A DNA stretch of 64,000 nt, taken from the NCBI GenBank assembly GCA_021731165.1, contig JAKFXY010000074.1, positions 2,861 to 66,860 of the forward strand, given 5' to 3'. Below the pieces are notes generated by a model that did no database searches, was not told where the DNA came from, and worked only from the letters and a program-made list of their open reading frames with translations. Numbering within the stretch: the stretch's first letter is position 1; each line of letters starts with the position of its first letter. The translations under genes were made by a program, and so were the position numbers. Positions 26,891 to 36,731 of the stretch are shown piece after piece. The DNA comes from Acidobacteriota bacterium. GTDB taxonomy: Bacteria > Acidobacteriota > Vicinamibacteria > Vicinamibacterales > UBA2999.

Positions 26891-29125
26891 ATGCGGGTGG
26901 CCGGCGCGGTTCCCGTGTGGGTGGCCGTCCTTCTTGCGTCAGGGGCGCTCTTGCTGGCGTGGGGCGCATATTCGCGGCTCCTCGTACCACTCACTCGCGG
27001 ACGCCGCGTGATCCTCGTCGCTCTTCGTGCGACGACACTGCTTCTCGTGGTGGCGTGCCTTCTCGGCCCGGCGCGCGTCCTCCCGCCGGACGCCGCCACT
27101 GATCCCGTGGTTCCGATCCTGGTGGATATCTCGAGGAGCATGCGGCTCTTGGACGCCGGAAGCCGCTCGCGCATCGACGTCGCGGGCGAGATCGCCACGG
27201 TTGGGATTCCCGCGGCGTTGGCCGGCCGGTACGCGATGGAGATCTGGACGTTTGGCGAACAACTGGCACCTGCGCCTACGGGGCCGGATGGAGCGTCGCT
27301 GTCGGCGGACGCCTCGCGTAGCGACGTGGCCGGCGCGCTTCGAGCCGTACGGGAACGGTATCGCGATCGCCGCGTGCCCGGCATCATCCTGATTTCAGAC
27401 GGCGGTGATACCGGAGCCGAGGACGCGGGCGCGGTGGTCGAGGATGGAGCTGCGCCGGTGTTCACGGTGGGCGTCGGCGCGACCACGACGACCTCGGACC
27501 TCGCCGTGCTGGATGTGTCGGCGGGCGAGGCTACCCTGGCCGCGTCGTCGATCGATCTCACCGTGTCGGCGGTCAGCCGCGGCAACCCGTCGCCCTTTGA
27601 CGTCCGCGTGCTGGAGAACGGCCACCCGATCGATGTCAGGCGAGTGACGCCCGCCGCCGCGGGCAGCCCGGTGCGGACGGTGTTCGCCTTGTCGCCACCG
27701 CGCGATGCGGTGACGTTGTACACGATCGAGCTGCCGCCTGGCTCCGGCGAGGCGGTGCTCGACAACAACCGACGCAGCGTGCTGATTGAGCCGCCGGGCC
27801 GTCGGCGGCGCGTGCTGATTGTCGAAGGTGCTCCTGGGTTCGAACACGCCTTTCTGCAACGTGCCCTCGCCGCAGACGAGGGCCTCGAGGTTGATTCGGT
27901 TGTTCGCAAGGGACGCGACGCGCGGGGTGCGGCCACGTACTTTGTCCAGGCCGCGGAGGCTCGGGCACCGCAGCTCGCCTCAGGGTTTCCGTCCGATCGC
28001 GCGGCGCTGTTCACCTACGACGCGCTGGTGCTCGCCAATGTCGAGGCCACGGACCTCTCACGCGTGCAGATGGAGATGACGGCTGCGTTTGCCGGGGAAC
28101 GCGGCGGAGGCGTACTCGTGCTCGGCGCGCACTCCTTCGGCCCGCGGGGGTTGGCGGGCACCCCGATTGACGAGGTGCTCCCGCTCGAGCTGTCCAGACG
28201 GGGCAACAGCGTACTGCGCGCTCCTGGAGGGACCGGGCGTGGCCGCCAGCGACACGCCGTGACCGTAACGAGCGATGGCGTCGAGCACCCGGTGATGCGC
28301 ATCGGCGCCAACGCGGACGAGACCGCGCGGAGATGGGGCGCTCTGCCCCCGCTCACGGGTGTCGCCGAACTTGGCGGGCCGCGGTCTGGAGCGCAGATCC
28401 TTGCGCTGGCGCAGGCACCAGATGAGCTGCGCCCGCTCGTGGCGGTGCAGCGCTACGGTCAGGGGAGGTCGATGGTGTTCGCGGGCGAAGCGTCCTGGCG
28501 CTGGCGCATGCAGATGCCGTCGAGCGATCGCGCGTACGAGTTGTTCTGGCGCCAGGCGGTCCGGTGGCTCGCTGCCGGCACACCCGAGCCGGTGTCGATC
28601 GCGCCGTTGACCGCAATGGTTCCGCAAGAGGTCGCCTCGCTGGGGCTGGATGTCAGGGACGAGAGATTCAACCCGGTGCCGGACGCGAAGGTGTCCATGC
28701 GCGTGCGAATGCCCGGAAGCGAGGAGCGTGAGATCGCGACTACTCTCGTCGATTCGCGCACCGGCCGCTACGCTGGTGACATCAGAGTCGGGCAGCCAGG
28801 GGTATACAGAATCCGCGCCGAGGCGCATCGCGGCGGAGTTCTTCTGGGTGAAGCTGAACGGTGGGTGCTCGCTGGTGGCGAGGACCTGGAGACGGCCGAC
28901 CCACGCCTCAACGAGGCGGTGCTCCGTCGTATCTCGCGCGCGAGTGGCGGCCAGTACGTCGCGGCGGCGAACGTGTCGAGCCTTGCATCGCTGCTGTCCG
29001 TTCGTGAAGGGGAGCCGCCCGCCCAGCGGGTGGAGCCGCTCTGGCACAACGCGTGGGTGTTCGGCGCGGTGATCCTGCTGCTTGCGGCGGAATGGGTACT
29101 CCGTCGCCGGTGGGGGATGCGATAG
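26891..29125 (+). CDS. membrane protein with VWA-like and GATase1-like (DUF1355-type) domains
   Basis: The start abuts the previous stop. N-terminal TMs, MIDAS-like VDISRSM, a second alpha/beta block beginning RRRVLIVEGAPGFEH, and a C-terminal TM. Confidence 0.45.
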   Translation: MRVAGAVPVWVAVLLASGALLLAWGAYSRLLVPLTRGRRVILVALRATTLLLVVACLLGPARVLPPDAATDPVVPILVDISRSMRLLDAGSRSRIDVAGEIATVGIPAALAGRYAMEIWTFGEQLAPAPTGPDGASLSADASRSDVAGALRAVRERYRDRRVPGIILISDGGDTGAEDAGAVVEDGAAPVFTVGVGATTTTSDLAVLDVSAGEATLAASSIDLTVSAVSRGNPSPFDVRVLENGHPIDVRRVTPAAAGSPVRTVFALSPPRDAVTLYTIELPPGSGEAVLDNNRRSVLIEPPGRRRRVLIVEGAPGFEHAFLQRALAADEGLEVDSVVRKGRDARGAATYFVQAAEARAPQLASGFPSDRAALFTYDALVLANVEATDLSRVQMEMTAAFAGERGGGVLVLGAHSFGPRGLAGTPIDEVLPLELSRRGNSVLRAPGGTGRGRQRHAVTVTSDGVEHPVMRIGANADETARRWGALPPLTGVAELGGPRSGAQILALAQAPDELRPLVAVQRYGQGRSMVFAGEASWRWRMQMPSSDRAYELFWRQAVRWLAAGTPEPVSIAPLTAMVPQEVASLGLDVRDERFNPVPDAKVSMRVRMPGSEEREIATTLVDSRTGRYAGDIRVGQPGVYRIRAEAHRGGVLLGEAERWVLAGGEDLETADPRLNEAVLRRISRASGGQYVAAANVSSLASLLSVREGEPPAQRVEPLWHNAWVFGAVILLLAAEWVLRRRWGMR

Positions 29126-29140
29126 GGACGCGGAGAGCGC

Positions 29141-29812
29141 CTACGCGTCATTCCACCATTCGACGCGCTGACGTTCCGGCCGGCGAAAGATCATCACTCC
29201 GACGAGCCCGGCCGCGAAGCCTGCCACGTGCGCCCAGAAGGCGATGCCGCCACTTGGCTCCCCGCCCGTGGCAGCCGCGATCGATCCCACGCCGCTCAGC
29301 AACTGCATGAGGAACCAGATCCCAAGAAAGAAGATCGCGGGAATCTCGACGACGTGGAAGAAGAAGATGATTGGGATGAGCGTGACGATACGCGAGTGCG
29401 GGTAGAGGACGAAGTAGGCCCCCATCACCCCGGCAATAGCGCCGCTGGCTCCGACCATGGGCACGGGTGAATCGGGACTGACGATTGTCTGCGCGAGAGC
29501 AGCCGCGATACCGCAGAGCAGGTAGAACGCGAGGAAGCGGCCGTGCCCCATGCGGTCCTCGACGTTGTCGCCGAAGATCCAGAGATAGAGCATGTTCCCG
29601 CCCGCGTGCAGCAATCCCCCGTGCAGGAACATGGACGTGACGACTGTCATCCAGGAGAACGCCGCGGGGACCAGCCCGAAGGAGCGTGTGAAGTCGTTGA
29701 CGGCGTCACCCATCGAGAGTTCGAACAGGAAGACGAGGACGTTGACCGCGATGAGCGCGATGGTGACAACGGGCGTGGTGCGCGAGGGGATGACATCCCG
29801 GAGCGGAATCAT
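29141..29812 (-). CDS. rhomboid-family intramembrane serine protease
   Basis: Six TM segments, FLHGGLLHAGGNM (H...N) and the catalytic GASGAIAG. Start moved to ATG 29812 (MIPLRDV). Confidence 0.8.
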   Translation of the reverse strand: MIPLRDVIPSRTTPVVTIALIAVNVLVFLFELSMGDAVNDFTRSFGLVPAAFSWMTVVTSMFLHGGLLHAGGNMLYLWIFGDNVEDRMGHGRFLAFYLLCGIAAALAQTIVSPDSPVPMVGASGAIAGVMGAYFVLYPHSRIVTLIPIIFFFHVVEIPAIFFLGIWFLMQLLSGVGSIAAATGGEPSGGIAFWAHVAGFAAGLVGVMIFRRPERQRVEWWNDA

Positions 29813-29948
29813 GGGCTTCAGGTAATGTACTACCGCGTCTGGCCCTGAAACCGGACGCCCGTGAAAGCGGGCCTCCACCCATCGACGTGCTCGGGATGAC
29901 CCTGGGCCCGTCGAAGGGTCAGGTCCGCTTGGAGTCGAGAGCCATCAG

Positions 29949-30161
29949 ATGACCTGCACACACTGTGGCACCGAGATCGCCGCTAAGGCACTAATTTGCT
30001 TTCGCTGCGGACACGCCACGACAGAGCCGCGGGTGACGCCTCCGGCGACCGGCTCGATTCTCCGGCGCCGACGGCGGTCGCCACTGCCCGTCGTTGGCAC
30101 GATCCTGCTGGTCATCCTGCTGGGAGCACTGGCAGCGTGGTGGCTGGTCGTGTGCTGTTGA
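29949..30161 (+). CDS. zinc-ribbon membrane protein
   Basis: CTHCG...CFRCG zinc ribbon followed by one TM segment. Confidence 0.4.
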   Translation: MTCTHCGTEIAAKALICFRCGHATTEPRVTPPATGSILRRRRRSPLPVVGTILLVILLGALAAWWLVVCC

Positions 30162-30183
30162 GTGGCCGGGTGGGGAGAGTGGG

Positions 30184-30501
30184 ATGATGGCACGTGCGAG
30201 GCGTCGGACCACGATCCTCGTGAGCGTGGGTGCCGCATTCGTGGTGTTCTGCGGCGTCCAGGATCGCGAGAGGGCCCTGGGCGAGCGTCGGTATGTCGCA
30301 CTGCAGCGCGATGCGATCGCGGCCCACGGCCCGCTTGTCAGGATTGATGCCGTGATGGCGCCGGCGATTGCCAGAGGCGTGAGACAGGGGCTGCTTTGGG
30401 GAGCACTTACTCTGGGATTGGGGTGTGCGGTGGCCGTTGCGCCGCGTCTAGGCGGGTCCAGGAGACGCGGCGGCGAGGACGTCGTTCAACGACCCGAATG
30501 A
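30184..30501 (+). CDS. hypothetical membrane protein
   Basis: ATG 30184. Two predicted TM segments. No recognisable family. Confidence 0.3.
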   Translation: MMARARRRTTILVSVGAAFVVFCGVQDRERALGERRYVALQRDAIAAHGPLVRIDAVMAPAIARGVRQGLLWGALTLGLGCAVAVAPRLGGSRRRGGEDVVQRPE

Positions 30502-30615
30502 ATGGGGATCGAATCCTGCCATCGTCATACTCACGTCGATGAGGGAGCGAAAAGCATGCCGATGAATTGCGTGCCGACAGTGCGAGCGAATGCCCGCTGA
30601 GTACTCAGGAATAGC

Positions 30616-31689
30616 CTAGCGGCGAGTCGACAAGCGTTGCTCGATCTGCGGGAGGGCGTCGAGCACCACGTCGCCGACGATTTGCAGGCTTCGCGCGCTG
30701 ACGCGATCGAGGTCGTCCTGCGCGGTGTGCCACGCGGCGTAGTTCAGGTCGATGATATCGACCGACGGGACGCCAGCGCGGACGAATGGGAGATGGTCGT
30801 CTTCGATGGTGGTCAGGTCGTCCACGAACGTCGAGCGGTATCCCAGCTTCGTGGCTGACTGCCACACGATATCCACCAGCCACGGCGTGGAGTTCGCGTC
30901 ACGCCGGATGTCGAGATTGCGGTCTCCGATCATGTCCAGCAGTACCAGCGCCTTGAGACCGGCGAGCGTGCCCGCCGTACGCGCCTCTTGCACGTAGTGC
31001 CGGCTCCCGTAGGTATGGTCGTTGCCCCGCCATTCGACGACGGCTTCCTCGCCGTCGAGGAACAGCAGCTCGATGGTGTAGTCGCGCGGAATCGCCTTCA
31101 GCACGCGCGCGAGCTCGAGCACCGCGGCGGTAGAGGATGCGGCGTCGCTGGCGCCGACAAAACGGATGTCGCGGAAGAGCTTCGTGTCGTAGTGCGTGGC
31201 GATGACGATCCGATCGGCACGGCGTCCCGGAATGGTCGCGATGAGATTGACCATCGGGATGCGCCCGGTGGGGGCTTCGCCGTCGAAGGCCTGCTCGCGT
31301 GCCTCGAGCCCGATGGTCTTCAGCTCCGCCGCGATGTAACGGCGGCAGCCGGCCAGGGCCGCGGAACCGGACGGGCGAGGGCCAAGAGCCACCTGACGGC
31401 GAAGGTGTTCCCAGGCACGCCCACTATCAAATGCTGGAGTGGCTGAGGATTGCGCAATCGAGGATTGACCCGGTGCGAGGGCGCCGTCAGCGCTCCGCCC
31501 AACGGGAAAGTCACCCGGCAGTGCCGCGGCGCTACTGCCGACCGATGCGACGGACGCGTCGCTGACGGGTGATGCGTCTGGATGATCGGCGTCGGCACAT
31601 GCCAACCCGACGGACACGGCCAAGAACAATACGCCGCAGGCGAACGTTGACTGAGACCGTGCGGACGCCGGCTGGGATCGGCCTAGCAC
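30616..31689 (-). CDS. M28-family peptidase (glutaminyl-cyclase-like)
   Basis: Lipoprotein-like signal (FLAVSVGLAC) from GTG 31689. Metal-ligand blocks VIATHYDT and LLFLDGEE. Start uncertain. Confidence 0.7.
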   Translation of the reverse strand: MLGRSQPASARSQSTFACGVLFLAVSVGLACADADHPDASPVSDASVASVGSSAAALPGDFPVGRSADGALAPGQSSIAQSSATPAFDSGRAWEHLRRQVALGPRPSGSAALAGCRRYIAAELKTIGLEAREQAFDGEAPTGRIPMVNLIATIPGRRADRIVIATHYDTKLFRDIRFVGASDAASSTAAVLELARVLKAIPRDYTIELLFLDGEEAVVEWRGNDHTYGSRHYVQEARTAGTLAGLKALVLLDMIGDRNLDIRRDANSTPWLVDIVWQSATKLGYRSTFVDDLTTIEDDHLPFVRAGVPSVDIIDLNYAAWHTAQDDLDRVSARSLQIVGDVVLDALPQIEQRLSTRR

Positions 31690-31735
31690 CGGCGGGCATC
31701 CATCGAGTACCGCCGGTTGCCAGACCGCCTCATCA

Positions 31736-33022
31736 TTATTTGCGCTTGTCGAGGCCGACGTAGTCTCTGCGCGCCGAGCCGGCGTAAACCTGCCGCGGCC
31801 TCGCAATCTTCTGCTCCGGATCCAGCAGCATTTCCTCCCAGTGCGCGATCCAGCCGGCCGTGCGCGGAATCGCGAACAGCACCGGGAACATCGTCACGGG
31901 GAAGCTCATGGCCTGGTAGATCAGCCCTGAGTAGAAGTCGACGTTGGGATAGAGCTTACGGCTGACGAAGTAGTCGTCCTGCAGGGCGATGCGCTCGAGC
32001 TCCAATGCGATGTCGAGCAGTGGATTCCGGCCGGTCACCTCGAAGACGGCATCGGCCGTCTTCTTGATGATCTTGGCGCGGGGGTCGTACGACTTGTACA
32101 CGCGGTGGCCGAAGCCCATGAGCCGCCCTTCGCCCGCCTTGACGCGCTTGATGAAGCCCGGCACGTTGTCGAGGCTGCCGATCTCGCTGAGCATCCGCAG
32201 CACCGCTTCGTTGGCCCCGCCGTGCAGCGGGCCGTACAGCGCCGCGGCGGCGCCCGCCATCGCGGAGTAGGGATCCACGTGCGAGCTGCCAATGCTGCGC
32301 ATGGCCGTGGTGCTGCAATTCTGCTCATGGTCGGCGTGCAGGATGAAGAGCACCTCGAGCGCGCGTTCGAGCACCGGGTTGGCGGCGTACTTCGGCTCGG
32401 TCATCCGGAACAGCATGTTCAGGAAGTTGCCGGCGAAGCTCAGGTCGTTGTCTGGGTAGATGTAGGGGCGGCCGATGCTGTGGCGGAAGGCGTAGGCGGC
32501 GATGGTCGGGACCTTGGCAATCAGGCGGTGAATCTGCTTCTTTCGTGACTGCTCGTCGAAGATCTTCTTGGCGTCAGGGTAGAACGTGGAGAAGGCGCCC
32601 ACCGTGCTGAGGAAGACGCCCATCGGGTGAGCGTCGTACTGAAAGCCCTCCATCAGCTTCTTGATGTTCTCGTGGAGCATCGTGTGAAGCGTGATGTCCC
32701 TGATCCAGGTCTTGAGCTGGCTCTCGGTAGGCAGCTCGCCGAAGATGATGAGATACGCGGTTTCGAGATACGTCGAGTGTTCCGCGAGCTGCTCGATGGG
32801 GTAGCCGCGGTACTCGAGGATGCCTTTGTCGCCATCGATGTAGGTGATCCGGCTTCGACACGCGGAGGTGTTCATGAATGCCGGGTCGTACGTCATGAGC
32901 CCCTGGTCGTCTTCGCCCGTTTTCATCTGGCGGAGGTCCGTGGCCCGGATGGCGTTGTCCTTGATGGGCACTTCGTAGGTCTTGCCCGTACGGTTGTCGG
33001 TGATTGTCAGCGTATCGGCCAT
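31736..33022 (-). CDS. gltA: citrate synthase
   Basis: MADTLTITDNRTGKTYEVPI N-terminus from ATG 33022. Signature GFGHRVYKSYDPR. Confidence 0.9.
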   Translation of the reverse strand: MADTLTITDNRTGKTYEVPIKDNAIRATDLRQMKTGEDDQGLMTYDPAFMNTSACRSRITYIDGDKGILEYRGYPIEQLAEHSTYLETAYLIIFGELPTESQLKTWIRDITLHTMLHENIKKLMEGFQYDAHPMGVFLSTVGAFSTFYPDAKKIFDEQSRKKQIHRLIAKVPTIAAYAFRHSIGRPYIYPDNDLSFAGNFLNMLFRMTEPKYAANPVLERALEVLFILHADHEQNCSTTAMRSIGSSHVDPYSAMAGAAAALYGPLHGGANEAVLRMLSEIGSLDNVPGFIKRVKAGEGRLMGFGHRVYKSYDPRAKIIKKTADAVFEVTGRNPLLDIALELERIALQDDYFVSRKLYPNVDFYSGLIYQAMSFPVTMFPVLFAIPRTAGWIAHWEEMLLDPEQKIARPRQVYAGSARRDYVGLDKRK

Positions 33023-33033
33023 AGAAATCGTCG

Positions 33034-33222
33034 CTACTCGTCGTCTTGAGAGGCCGGGTCGTCGGACTCCAGCACCGCGTCGGCCGGCACGTGGTACCGC
33101 CCATCGGCCCAGCGTGCCAGGTCTTCGTTGCGGCAGCGCTCGCTGCAGAACGGCCTCCACCGCGGGTCCAGCGGACGCTTGCGGCACAGGACGCACAGTC
33201 GCGCCTCGCCCATCCGAAACAT
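33034..33222 (-). CDS. yacG: YacG-like zinc-finger protein (DNA gyrase inhibitor family)
   Basis: CVLCRKRP...RPFCSERCRNEDLARW matches the YacG CxxC...FCSxRC...DLxxW pattern. Start is ATG 33222 or 33213. Confidence 0.55.
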   Translation of the reverse strand: MFRMGEARLCVLCRKRPLDPRWRPFCSERCRNEDLARWADGRYHVPADAVLESDDPASQDDE

Positions 33223-33334
33223 TCTATATCCGGATGGGTGGTGGATGGCGGGCAGTTGGTTCTGGATGGCGCTGGGCGATGTGGCCAGGGGGGCGTCTGC
33301 CGCCGCCGACCTTCGACCCACCACCAACGATTAA

Positions 33335-34042
33335 CTACCCACCCCCGGGTTCCGAAGCGTGGTGGCGCACGTCGAGCGCCGACACCATGAAGATGACGTC
33401 CTCGGCGATGTTCGTGGCGTGATCGCCGATTCGTTCGAGGTGGCGGGAGATGAGGACCAGATCGAGGGCCGGTTCGACGGTCGTGGGATCCTCGATCATG
33501 AAGGTCAGCAGCTCGCGGAAGATCTTGGTCTTCAAGGCGTCGAGCTGATCGTCCTCGTTCAGCACCTGGTGGGCGAGGGCGGTGTCCCGGCGGACGAAGG
33601 CATCCAGGGCATCACGCAACATCGACTGCGCGATCGCACCCATCTGGGGGATATCGATCAGCTTCTTGACCGGTGCGTGCGTGATGTAGCGTGTGGCGGC
33701 CTCGGCGATGTTCACCGCCAGGTCTCCCACCCGTTCGAGGTCGGTGTTGATCTTGACCGCCGCCACGATGGCTCGGAGGTCGGTCGCCATCGGCTGGTAC
33801 AGGGCCAGGAGCCGGAAGCAGCGGTTGTCCACTTCGATGTGCAGCTCGTTGATTGGTTCGTCGCCGCCGAGCGCCCGCTCGATGAGGGCAGGGTCCCTGG
33901 ACACGAGTCCCTCGACGGCCGCCCGTACGCGCTCCTCCGCCAGGCCGCCCATCTCGAGCAGCCGGCCCTGGAGCGCCACGAGTTCCTCCTCGAAATGACG
34001 AACCTGCTTTTCCAACAGTCCCTCCGTAACCACGCACCGCAC
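33335..34042 (-). CDS. phoU: phosphate signalling complex protein PhoU
   Basis: Two PhoU repeats. Sits directly downstream of pstB. Confidence 0.85.
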   Translation of the reverse strand: MRCVVTEGLLEKQVRHFEEELVALQGRLLEMGGLAEERVRAAVEGLVSRDPALIERALGGDEPINELHIEVDNRCFRLLALYQPMATDLRAIVAAVKINTDLERVGDLAVNIAEAATRYITHAPVKKLIDIPQMGAIAQSMLRDALDAFVRRDTALAHQVLNEDDQLDALKTKIFRELLTFMIEDPTTVEPALDLVLISRHLERIGDHATNIAEDVIFMVSALDVRHHASEPGGG

Positions 34043-34092
34043 GACACCGGTGAGACCCTCAGTGCCTCTCGTGCCTGTCGTCGCTCCCGTGA

Positions 34093-34938
34093 TTATCCAA
34101 ACCGCCCGGTCACGTAGTCCTCTGTCAGCTTCTCGGCCGGAGCCGTGAAGATCTTGTCGGTCCGGTCGTACTCAATCAGGCGTCCCAGCCAGAAGAACGC
34201 GGTGTGGTCGGACACACGCGCGGCTTGCTGCATGTTGTGGGTGACGATCACGATCGTGTAGGCCTTCTTGAGGTCGTACACCAGCTCCTCGATGCGCTGG
34301 GTCGCGATGGGGTCGAGCGCCGAGGCCGGCTCGTCCATGAGCAGGATGTCCGGCCGCACGGCAAGCGCACGCGCGATGCACAGACGCTGCTGCTGTCCGC
34401 CGGACATGGCCAGGGCCGATTCCTGCAGCCGGTCCTTGACTTCGTCCCAAAGAGCCGCCTGACGCAGGCTCTCTTCCACGCGGCCGGCGAGCTCGGCCTT
34501 GCTCCCCGCCATCCCATTGATCCTCAGCCCGTAGGCGACGTTCTCGAAGATCGACTTGGGGAAGGGATTTGATTTCTGGAACACCATTCCGACTCGCCGC
34601 CGCAGACCCACGACGTCCACGCCAGGCGCGTAGATGTCGTTGCCGTCGATACGTGCCGTGCCTTCGACGCGAGCGCCGGGGATGATGTCGTTCATCCGGT
34701 TGAGGGTGCGCAGGAACGTGCTCTTGCCACACCCCGAGGGTCCGATGAACGCCGTCACGACGTTCGGGTGAATCTTGACGGAGATGTCCTCGAGTGCCCG
34801 CTTGGCCCCGTAGAAAAACGACAGGTGCTCGACGTCGATCTTGACGTCGCGCTCTCGGTTGGCGGCCCCTTCGGTCGGTCGGGCCGTCGGCGTGGGGGCC
34901 TTCAGGCGAATGGACGGGTTTGCGATCTGCCCAGTCAT
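34093..34938 (-). CDS. pstB: phosphate ABC transporter ATP-binding protein
   Basis: [22 protein letters not shown] and LLMDEP motifs, with a PstB-specific N-terminal extension. Confidence 0.95.
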   Translation of the reverse strand: MTGQIANPSIRLKAPTPTARPTEGAANRERDVKIDVEHLSFFYGAKRALEDISVKIHPNVVTAFIGPSGCGKSTFLRTLNRMNDIIPGARVEGTARIDGNDIYAPGVDVVGLRRRVGMVFQKSNPFPKSIFENVAYGLRINGMAGSKAELAGRVEESLRQAALWDEVKDRLQESALAMSGGQQQRLCIARALAVRPDILLMDEPASALDPIATQRIEELVYDLKKAYTIVIVTHNMQQAARVSDHTAFFWLGRLIEYDRTDKIFTAPAEKLTEDYVTGRFG

Positions 34939-34939
34939 G

Positions 34940-35788
34940 TCAGCGTCCCCGCATGTCGGCGACGCGTGAGGTCGCCAGTCGCGCCATGAGCGAGCAGATG
35001 AACACGATGGTGACCAGCACGAGCGCGCCGGCCCACGCCTGGCGCTGCCAGTCCTCGTAGGGCGAGATGGCGTAGGTGAAGACCTGCACCGTCACCGACG
35101 AGATCGGCTGCGTCAGCTCCGTCGTGAAGAAGCGGTTGTTGAACGAGGTGAAGAGGAGAGGGGCCGTTTCGCCGGCCACGCGCGCAAGTGCCAGCACGAT
35201 GCCGGTAATGATACCCGGCAGCGCTGCGGGGACGATCACGGTGAACACCGCGCGTGCCCGTGTGGCGCCAAGCGCGAGCGCTCCCTCGCGCAGCGCCCCT
35301 GGCACCAGGAGCAGGAGTTCTTCGGTCGTGCGCGCGATGATGGGAATCATCATGATGCCGAGCGCCAGGCCGCCCGCCAGCGCGCTGAACTGCCGGAAGG
35401 GCAGCACCGCCACGCCGTAGGCGAACACGCCGATGACGATCGACGGCACGCCATTCAGCGTGTCCGCGGCGAATCGGACAATCGAGGTGAACCTGGACCC
35501 GGGGAACTCGGAGAGGTAGACGCCGCTCATCACGCCGACCGGCACGGCCATGAGTGCCGCCAACCCCGTGAGAATGAGGGTGCCGACGATGGAGTTGGCC
35601 ATGCCGCCGCCGGACTCGCCGACGGGAAGCGGCATGTGAGTGAAGAAATCGAGGTTGAGCGCCTGCACCCCACGGCTGAGGACGAAGAAGAGCACGAAGG
35701 CCAGCGGCACGAGCGCGACCAGTACGGCAATCGCGCACGCGCCGACGAACAGAGACGACAGCATCCGCCGCCAGACCATGCGGGTCAT
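34940..35788 (-). CDS. pstA: phosphate ABC transporter permease PstA
   Basis: Six-TM BPD_transp_1 permease. Position in the pst operon. Confidence 0.9.
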   Translation of the reverse strand: MTRMVWRRMLSSLFVGACAIAVLVALVPLAFVLFFVLSRGVQALNLDFFTHMPLPVGESGGGMANSIVGTLILTGLAALMAVPVGVMSGVYLSEFPGSRFTSIVRFAADTLNGVPSIVIGVFAYGVAVLPFRQFSALAGGLALGIMMIPIIARTTEELLLLVPGALREGALALGATRARAVFTVIVPAALPGIITGIVLALARVAGETAPLLFTSFNNRFFTTELTQPISSVTVQVFTYAISPYEDWQRQAWAGALVLVTIVFICSLMARLATSRVADMRGR

Positions 35789-36699
35789 GCGGCAGCCCTG
35801 CCCGACTTCCGGCCGGCCATCGTCCAGATGAGCCCGCGCGAGAGGCCGTTGACGACGAGCGTGATGATGAAGAGGACGAGGCCGATTTCAACCAGCGCGG
35901 CAAGATACAGCTCGTCGGCGGCCTCGGTGAACTCGTTGGCAATGACCGCGGCCATCGTGTACTGCGGCGCGAAGAGCGACGCCGAGACCTGCGGGTTGTT
36001 GCCGATGACCATCGTGACTGCCATCGTTTCACCGAGCGCGCGGCCGAAGCCGAGCATGACGGCGCCGACAATACCGGTGCGGGCGTAGAAGATCGCCGCG
36101 CGGATGGCCTCGAACTGCGTGGCGCCGAGCGCATAGGCGGCCTCGCGCTGGGCCAGCGGCACGGTGCGCAGGACCTCGCGTGCCACTGTGGAGGTGAACG
36201 GGACGACCATCACCGCGAGGATGAGAGCGGCCGAGAGCATGCCGACACCGAGCGGGGGGCCCGAGAAGAGCGGCAGCGCCCGCAATGAATCCGGGAGCGC
36301 GATTTCCAGAGAGCGAACGGCCGGCACGAGCACGAAGATGCCCCACAGTCCGTAGACGATTGAGGGGATGGCGGCGAGCAGCTCGGTGAGAAACACCAGC
36401 GGCGTGCGCAGGATGCGCGGGCAGAGTTCGGAGATGAAGACGGCGATCCCGATTGCAACGGGAGTGGCGATGAGGAGCGCCAGGATCGAGGAATAGAGCG
36501 TACCCCAGATGAACGGCAGCGCGCCGAACTGGCCGGCCACCGGATCCCAGGTGCTCGTCCGCCAGAAGTCGAAGCCGAACTTCTGAATCGACAGCATCGA
36601 CTGCCTCGACAACTCGAACCCGATGGCCACGACGATCGAGGCCAGCACGAAGGCGAATGCGCCGGTGCTCAGGCGGAAGCCGATGTCGCGCGAACGCAT
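35785..36699 (-). CDS. pstC: phosphate ABC transporter permease PstC
   Basis: Permease with a 4-bp overlap with pstA. Position in the pst operon. Confidence 0.9.
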   Translation of the reverse strand: MRSRDIGFRLSTGAFAFVLASIVVAIGFELSRQSMLSIQKFGFDFWRTSTWDPVAGQFGALPFIWGTLYSSILALLIATPVAIGIAVFISELCPRILRTPLVFLTELLAAIPSIVYGLWGIFVLVPAVRSLEIALPDSLRALPLFSGPPLGVGMLSAALILAVMVVPFTSTVAREVLRTVPLAQREAAYALGATQFEAIRAAIFYARTGIVGAVMLGFGRALGETMAVTMVIGNNPQVSASLFAPQYTMAAVIANEFTEAADELYLAALVEIGLVLFIITLVVNGLSRGLIWTMAGRKSGRAAA

Positions 36700-36731
36700 G
36701 GCAGGTTCGTAAGTGTGCGGCGTGCCCCGGC

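Noticed and set aside
30505-30525. GGGGATCGAATCCTGCC, resembling a tRNA T-arm
   Set aside because: The flanking bases cannot form a T-stem (GGGGA versus CTGCC), and there is no acceptor or anticodon arm.
34935-36134. 399-aa minus-strand ORF in an alternative frame over pstA/pstC
   Set aside because: The pstA and pstC frames give canonical permeases. This frame is Arg/Ser/Ala-rich and has no membrane segments.
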